From the NCBI RefSeq assembly GCF_009914755.1, contig NC_060929.1: DNA of 64,000 nt; one strand, written 5' to 3'. Numbering within the stretch: the stretch's first letter is position 1; every line of letters begins with the position of its first letter. The notes beneath the pieces were generated by a model. The model had not been told where the DNA came from. It did not search any database and saw nothing but the letters and a program-made list of their open reading frames with translations. This document shows positions 56,335 through 64,000 of the stretch, piece after piece. The position numbers and the translations under genes are program-made. The stretch comes from the human T2T-CHM13v2.0 reference genome, Homo sapiens.

Positions 56335-57863
56335 CTGTCAAAACTAATAAATGAACCCAGCAAAGTTGCAGAATATGTAATCAACACACAAAAGTCAGCT
56401 GTGTTTTTTGCTAGTAATAGACAATCTGGAAAGAAAATTAAGAAAACAATTCTATTTGCAAAAGTATTAAAAAGAATAAAATACTTAGAAATAAACCTAA
56501 CCAAGGAGGCTTAACACTTGTACTCTGAAAACTATAAAACATTGCAGAAAGAAGTGAAAAACAAATAAATGGTGAGATGTTCCCTGTTGAGATTGGAAAA
56601 CTAAAGAAGTCAATACATTGGAAAAGTGATCTACAGATTCCATTCAATCCCTATCAAAATCTCAACCTTTTTTGCAGAAATAAAAAAATAAATTATCCTA
56701 CAAATAATATGTAATTTCAAGAGACCCTGAACAGCCAAAACAATCTCAAAAAATAACAAATGTGGACATCCCACACTTCCTGCTTTCAAAAATTACTACA
56801 AAGCTACAGTAATCAAAACAGTGTGGTATGCTGTGGCATAGACTGACATATAGACCAAGGGAATGGAATAGAGATCCCAGAAATATACCCTCATATATAA
56901 GGTCAAATGATTTTTGACGAGGGTGCCAAGACCAGTCAATTGGGAAAGGACAGTCTTTTCAACAGATGATGTTGGGGAAACTGGACATCCACTTGCCAAA
57001 CACAAAAAACAAGAAAAACCCTCAGGAACCTGGACCCTTACCTTTCATTATACATAAAAATTAACTCATAATGCATCAAAGACCTAGACATGAGAGCAAA
57101 ACTATAAAACTCTGGAGAACACATAGGGAAAAAGCTTCACAGCATTAGATTTGGCAAAGATATCTTGCATGTGACACCAGAAACATGAGTAATAAAACAA
57201 AAAAATAGATAAATTTGGCTTTAGGCCCTCCATTATTAAAATTTAAAAATTTATTCAATGAAGGACATAAACAACAGAGGAAAAAGGCCACCCACAGAAA
57301 GGGAGAAAACATTTGTAAATTATATAGTAATAAAGAAATAACAGTCTAGAATATATAAAAATATCTACAACTCAATAACAAAAACAAACAACACGATTTT
57401 AAAAAAATGGGCAAAAGACTTGAATAGACATTTCTCCAGAGAAGACAGACAAATGGCCAAGAAATACATGAAATGGTGCTCAGCATCACTAATCATTAGG
57501 GAAATGCAACCGAAGAACAATAAAATACCACTTCACCTCCATTTGGATGGCTATTATTCAAGACAAAGAAAGTTGATGAGGACGTTTAGAAATTGGAGCT
57601 CTTGTGTACTGGTGGCAGGAAGGTGACATGGCAAGCCACTGTGAAAAATGGAATGGTAGTTCCTCAAAACAACAACAGAGAATTAGCCAGGTACGTTGGG
57701 GGACTGTGCATAGTGGTGTGTGCTTATAATACCAGCTATTTGAGAGGCTGAGGCAGGAGGGTCACTTGAGCCCAGAAGTTTGAGGCTGCAGTGAGCTATG
57801 ATGGCACAACTGGACTCCAGCCTGGGCGACTGAGTGAGATCCTATCTCTGAAAAGATGATGAT

Positions 57864-57923
<60 letters not shown>

Positions 57924-57990
57924 ATGACAGAGCCATGTAATTAAGCATTGGTTCTTCCAGGTTTACATCCAAAAGATGTATGCAGGGATG
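56335..57990 (+). mobile_element. Old L1M (L1MB-like) ORF2 3' region, interrupted by an Alu monomer
   Basis: CTACAAAGCTACAGTAATCAAAACAGTGTGGTA and GGGCAAAAGACTTGAATAGACATTTCTCC. ORF 57420-57626 begins NRHFSRED. Confidence 0.8.
57682..57923 (+). mobile_element. FRAM/AluJ right monomer whose tail has become (GAT)n(GATA)n(GACA)n
   Basis: GAGGCTGAGGCAGGAGGGTCACTTGAGCCCAG...GAGGCTGCAGTGAGCTATG. STR at about 57855-57923. Confidence 0.85.
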
Positions 57991-58941
57991 TGTACAGTGT
58001 AGGCAGTGATAAGTCACTGTCCTGTGGAATCTTACAGGGAACAATCATTTCAGTTGTTTTCTACCAAGTGGTTAGAATATTTTATTTTATTTTTTCATCG
58101 AATTGAATTATTTTGCATAAGTTGAATTACCTGACTCAAACAAAATATTCCAACCAGTTGCTGCTTCCACACAGGTAAAGGTTTAAAGAGTTAACCAGCC
58201 TTTCCAATGTCCATGATCAACATCAGTGGGCAATTGGGACAAATTAACACCCCCCCAAAAAAAAACAAGTTTGGCTTTCTCTTATGGCCTATAAAATAGA
58301 AAGTCAAATGGGGAGAGACACAATTATCTTGATAGTAGAGCCAAAAATAAAACAACTCCTGTCTTGCAGCTGTTAACTTTGCAAGGGAATAAAGACAGCA
58401 ATAAACCAGAGGCCTGGCTTCAGTTCTGTAGCTGCCTGTGCCTGTTGCTGTCCTTAATTGCCTCAGAAAAAATAAAGAAAAAGAAGAGGCTAATTACAGC
58501 AATACTACACATTTCACAGAGGTGCTATAAAAGTAAAATGAGATAACGGACATGGAAACCCTTGAAAGTTTAGGCATGATGCACAGTGGGTTATGAGTTT
58601 TATTACTAAATAACATATCTGGTCAACGAGGGTTACTGTCCAGAAGAACTTCCATCTATTAAATTCCCTCAATAATCTAGGAAAGCATAAGTTATTGGGA
58701 GGATTAGTTGACACTGTTCTCATAGAATGTTTTCCTGTCACACTTTAGCCCATGAAATGCCTTAGATTGTGTGTGTGTGTATGTGTGTGTGTGTGTGGAT
58801 GGGTACAGAATTAATGGTAAAAGAAATAAGAAAAAAAAATATGGCCAACATATTTCTACCATGTGGATGTTTCTGTTTTGAGTCCCCTTTGAATTCTACC
58901 CTATGTAGAAGAAAGCACATAGAATTTCCATTGGGGGGTGG

Positions 58942-59228
58942 GGAGACAGGGTCTCACTCTGTCACCCAGGCTGGAGTGCAGTGTCACAATCATGGCTCAC
59001 CGCAGCCTCAAACTCCTGGGCTCAAATGATCCTCCTGCCTCAGCTTCCTGAGTATCTGGGACCACAGGTAGGCAACACCATACCCGGCTAATTATTTATT
59101 TATTTTTTTGAGGACATGATGTCTCCCTACATCACCCAGTCTGGTCTCAAACTCCTGGACCCAAGTAATCCTCCTGCCTTGGCCTCTGAAAGTGCTGAGA
59201 TGACAGGCGTGAGCCACTGCACCTGGCT
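58942..59228 (-). mobile_element. AluJ
   Basis: GAGACAGGGTCTCACTCTGTC...CATGGCTCACCGCAGCCTCAAACTCCTGGGCTCAA. No visible poly(T) tail. Confidence 0.88.
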
Positions 59229-60579
59229 ACACAACACGCAATTTTGATGCCAGCAAAGAACCTTCTGTTGCCATCCCCCACACACAGAGGAGAAGGATGC
59301 CCTGCCCCCATCCCCAATGTTGTTCTCCCCCTCAGTGTTCAGCCCGAATTGGGTCTCCACCTGGGATCTCCTCTGTCCCGCTCCTGCCAGGGGCTATTTG
59401 TTAAGGAGCAGGGAATGGGGGGTGACTCACCCCACACCCCAGCTTTCATCAGAGCTGCTGTTTTTGTTTTTATATATATCGGGCTTCTGATTAAGATTTT
59501 TTTTTAAATTGGTTTTACATGGCTTTGAGGAGAGAAAAAGGTGAAAACAGATTTAGATGGTGATTGCTCTATGAGTATCTACTGTTTACTTCTTAGAAAA
59601 GTCATCTCCTGAGTAACTGACCATGACAACAAGGAGAATTAAAGTCCCTGAAATAAACCAAACAAAAGCTGAAATTCTCTTTTTGTGCTTCCAGGCCTCT
59701 CCTCTCATCTCCAGCACAAATTTAAACAAATAAAACAACCATTCCTTACTTCTCTAAGTGATTTTTCTGTTATGTGACTTACTACAAAGTATGATTCTTT
59801 GCTGGTGACTTACCAGCACTTTGAAAGAGTGAAATACATTTTTCCAATCCACACACGCAGTTGTATTCAATCATTAAACATTTCTCGTCAATCTTCAAAG
59901 CATCTCCATTCCCCCTGTCCCTGGAGGCTCTAGTAAGGGTCCATCTTTACCCAGAACATGTGTTTTTGCCATGACACAGCTTATGTCATTTCTATGAAAC
60001 ATTTTTGTAATCACTAAGATTTTTAAAAAAACATATGTAAATAAACAACAGTGTACATATTGGGCTTAATCTCACTTTGAAACCAGAAACATGTCAACTG
60101 ACAAGCAATCTTTTCTATCTCTGTTCTGACATAGATAGCCCTTGCACCTCTTGTCATTGGACTCATTCATAAAATGCATCATGCTTATCTTCAGATTGCC
60201 AAAGGGTACAGTTGAGAATGGGAGGTGTGAATGTTGCTAGTTCTCTGGGTAAATATTTGTACTGGTCAGAGACAATGGAATCCTACTGTACACCCAGTGG
60301 CCTTTTTCACATTCAACTTGCTACCAGCATCTTCTCTACTCAGAGATAAAGACAATGCAGATAAAATGAAATACATGAAGAACTTGTTGATTAGAAGTTT
60401 ACTGAATTATCTAAATCAAGTGACTTGTGTTAAGGCTCTTTGCTAGGGAGACCAGACCTATGATGGCTGGTGGTGAATTTTTTACCTGGAATATCATCCA
60501 GAAAATATTTACTTAGAAAATTATTACAATGCAAGAAACAAATGTTGATGCCATCAAAAACTCATAAATTAGTGGAGCT

Positions 60580-60613
60580 GAGAGCAAGTTTTTTTTTTTT
60601 GAGAGCAAGTTTT
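60580..60613 (-). other. Poly(T)-only insertion between 13-bp direct repeats
   Basis: GAGAGCAAGTTTT, then 8 extra T, then GAGAGCAAGTTTT. Confidence 0.65.
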
Positions 60614-61149
60614 GAGGTGAACACAATGTACACTCTCACTGTGTAAACTGAGTCAAGGAAAAGCTCTATGACTGTCCTTTCTGATCAACATTTCCGTTTT
60701 TTCTACTATACATCTTTGTATTTTGCTTCTCCTACTATTCTAACCTTTGAGGATTTTTTCATTTACTTCCATTTAGCATCTTGACAAATCTGGGTGGACT
60801 GTAGGACACAATCCACATTCAATTTAATGGGAGGTAAGTCTGAAAAAATGTCCCTGTTGAAGATCTAGTTTGGGTGGAGCCCTGGATCTTACAGTCTTAT
60901 TCATGATGCGGAAGCATCACACTGCTCTCGCTGTATACAGAAAATTCCCTTTGAAGAAAGAAAAAGAAAGTCAGCTCCTTTTGACAATACAGAATACAAA
61001 TGTACAAGCTGTGATGAAAATCACCAAACTTGCAGTTGGGGAAATTAAGCATCCATTGATTATTGTATTAAAAACTGTAGTGTGTGAGCAAACAAAACGT
61101 TGGGCTTTCCAAGTTGTATGATAAAGTTAATGTGCTTAAGATCATCAAT

Positions 61150-62330
61150 CTCCACTGAGTGGAGTGACGCCTTCAGTAATTTTGCCCCTGTCATCAAAGC
61201 AGCCTCTTGGGGCGGATGGTTGCCCACGCCTGTAATGAAGCACTTCATGCAGAAGCAGCTGTCGCCTCACCTGTTTGCCAGCCCATCCGAAGACCGGAGA
61301 AATTCTCCAATTTAGCAAGCAAACTTAAGTCATTATTAGAAATGACAGGGAAACCTGATGAAATTGTACTTTCAATTGGAAAACAAAATTGCAATCAGAC
61401 CAACATGATTTCCTCGTGGTCTGACCATGCTCATGCCAGTCGAGACGTGGGCAAATGTATTTAAAAGTCATAATGGAGCATTACCATGCGATCTCCTTTC
61501 ACCGGCCCTTATTAATATAAAACTTCAATTTGCATGTAAATGCGGTCAACTTTCATATCATCAAAATACATGAGGCCTGGGAAAGTAATGAATTGAAGTT
61601 GGATGCAGCAATTACTGACGTTTATAAAGAATTTTAAAGAGGTCAGTCTAGCCTTGGCTGAGAAAATGAGGAAATCAACAGGGAATATTGTCAATATAGC
61701 AACCGGGGGAGTTGGAGCCAGTCCCAGGTGTTGAGAGCGAGAGGATGATTAATAGAGAGGGAGCGCGTCGCCTCTCACCCATGAGGGCTCGGCCAGACCC
61801 CAGGCGCAGCGGCAGAGCTGCATGAAAAGGTTCTTGCTAGGTCCTCGCTCCAGCCGCCTGGTGGTGCGTTCCGGGGGGAATGAAGTAGCAAGTGTTTATG
61901 AGCCAGCCGTGCTGAAGGTTTAATTGGGCTCCACAGCCTTTCCGCTCCCTTCAGTAGTTGATATGCAGTTTAACCTTTTTTTCCCACCTCAGACACACCA
62001 GGGCCACTGGGATTTTAATAAGGCGCTCGCATGATGGCTTGGCTAAACATTGCCTTAGTTGCTAAATTGAGCTAAACTGCCTCATTGCGTTGTAATGGCA
62101 ATTCATACGTTGCCTAATTTTTTAAAGAGGAAATACTTATCCTGCCTGCATGTTTCATAAATCCTCAACCACGTGACCTGATTTGGGGGGATTTTCTTTG
62201 CCTATTTGTACAAACAAGTTAACAGGCGATGTAATTTTAAACATGCCTGAGAAATCAATGCAGAGGTGGCCATGCTGCTGTAATTTTGGAGGATTTAATC
62301 GCAGATAATGCAGGGTCAGAGTTTGTCTTC
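61150..62330. promoter_or_regulatory. Candidate distal enhancer (unique DNA with clustered homeodomain, octamer and RFX motifs and local CpG retention)
   Basis: ATTTGCAT at 61528-61535. RFX-like GTTGTAATGGCAAT at 62089-62102. Many TAAT/ATTA cores. CpG-rich stretch at about 61735-61950. No repeat recognised. Confidence 0.35.
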
Positions 62331-64000
62331 AGGATTTGCTGGCCACGTTTTCACAATATTACACAGATAGGCAGGGCTTCTCATGACCAGGTCTCCAAGA
62401 AGCTAGAAATTACACAGCCTCTTACCTAAAGAGGCCAAGGCGGGGTCCATGTCCCACTGCTGTGGAGGGGAGCCTGGCCTGTCATGTTTTCTGCTGTCCA
62501 TCTAATCTTTGCATTAACCCATTAGGCATCTCTTCCCTGTTAGGCTGTTTAAGAGGCATATACACATTCACTATAAATGCAGGTTCCTTTGGAATTCCAC
62601 ACACCTTTTTGAAATAAATAGATTTACTGTCTGCTGTTTTTAATTGCTTGATTCAAGGGAAACCTCTGCATCAGGCACTTCCCATGCTTGGTTTGAGGTC
62701 ACCCCACCGGTCGGGCATGGTGCCAGTCTCTCGCACCAGATTCTTCATTTGACTCTGCTGTCCCCATATCCGTCTTTCTTTATTTTTGGCTCCTTTATTG
62801 TTCTTCTTTCCTGACAGTATGCATAATTATGGATGCCCAGCCAGCTTCAGAGCTATGCAAATATGTATCTGCATTAATACATGTATTTGCTGTCTTCAAA
62901 ATCTACATCCTAGACATGAGATTCCAGGTATAGAGTCTAAATGTGATCAGTGTTGAGAGCTGGCAAAATCTCAGTCTTTGAATACACAGTATCCATTAGT
63001 GACAACTGGCTTAGCACCACTTACACCCTTTACCACTAGTACTTAAAAGAAAGCTCTGGAATTCATGTTAGTAGGAAAAATTCCTGTCCCCCAAAAGCAA
63101 TGGAAAATGGGTAAGGTTGAGGGTTATTTACTGAGCAGGGAAAAGATTCTCCAGGTATTGTGGGCACCCTTCAGTGCCTAGATTCTGATGCATGTGTCTC
63201 TAAGAGTTAGTGTTTCCCCAGGGCTATAAAACTTCACGTCTGTGTTTTTTTGTATACACTATCTCATTTGTGAGCTATATCTGAATGTACTTTAATATAA
63301 TGACTTGCTAAGTGAGCATGCTGTGTTGGAGGGTCTTTTTCCTGGAGGGAGTCTGCGTCCAGGTGCGTGTGGGGGATGGGGAGTGGACGCTTGAGGAGCA
63401 GGTGCAGAGGTCCAGGCAGCAGGGGGCTGTGGGTGCGGGCACTGGCGCAGCTGATGCTGGCACTGCAGCTCCTTCTGAAATGAATGCTTTGTTCTGACTC
63501 AAGACTTGGCCTCAAGTCAGGCCATGGGCATAGCAGGGGTGGAAGAAGTGGGACAGGGCACTGAGGCAGTTCTCCACAGAAGGACGATGGCACCAGCAGG
63601 AGGGGCTGAGTGCTAGGCACTCAACCACACACAGTCTGGAGGAACCCAGGGATGAGCCACCCAGCACTCCCACTCAGGAGCCTGCCTCTCTCCGGAAAAG
63701 AATCAGCGCACACTTCATGCCTCTGCCAGCCGACAGATGCATTTGGCATTCCCCAGCCAGGTCCCTCGCTGCTCCTGTGAGGGCAGAAACACGTGTCTGG
63801 ATGATCACCGAGGTCACAGCCAACTATAAGGCCCACCAGCCCCAGCTGTGCCCATGCTGGCATCACCCTCAGCCTGACACCTCACCTTGCCTTGTGCCTT
63901 CCTTCTGCCATCTTCTGTGTGTGTCCTGGAGCCCCTGTCCCCTGAAGTTGGGTCTTCTGCTCTCACAGACAGACACGGCTGTGGCTGCTGCAGCCACTGA

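Overview
This is primate (very probably human) non-coding genomic DNA. I find no supportable host protein-coding gene, RNA gene, CRISPR array or prokaryotic feature. Much of the window is interspersed repeats: a near-full-length ancient L1 at 1-7571, a nested L1PA cluster at 38.6-43.2 kb, about 11 Alu elements, MaLR/ERVL LTRs, Tigger3b, MER5, MIR and L2. It also carries many minisatellites (about 48, 68, 45, 9, 92, 28 and 46 bp units). Unique stretches rich in TAAT, octamer and RFX motifs look like distal-enhancer DNA, which is inference only. I cannot name the locus. I see no convincing new multi-gene biological system. The best-supported unusual observations are structural: an AluY with four tandem left monomers inside one target-site duplication (TSD); a twin-primed 5'-inverted L1PA3 nested in an older L1; a poly(T)-only insertion flanked by a TSD; a tail-less L1 patch replacing about 0.65 kb of host L1 next to a 27-bp hairpin; a FLAM-FLAM-like Alu dimer; and a VNTR with paired E-boxes. 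Subfamily calls were made by eye from recalled consensus sequences and should be confirmed with RepeatMasker/Dfam.
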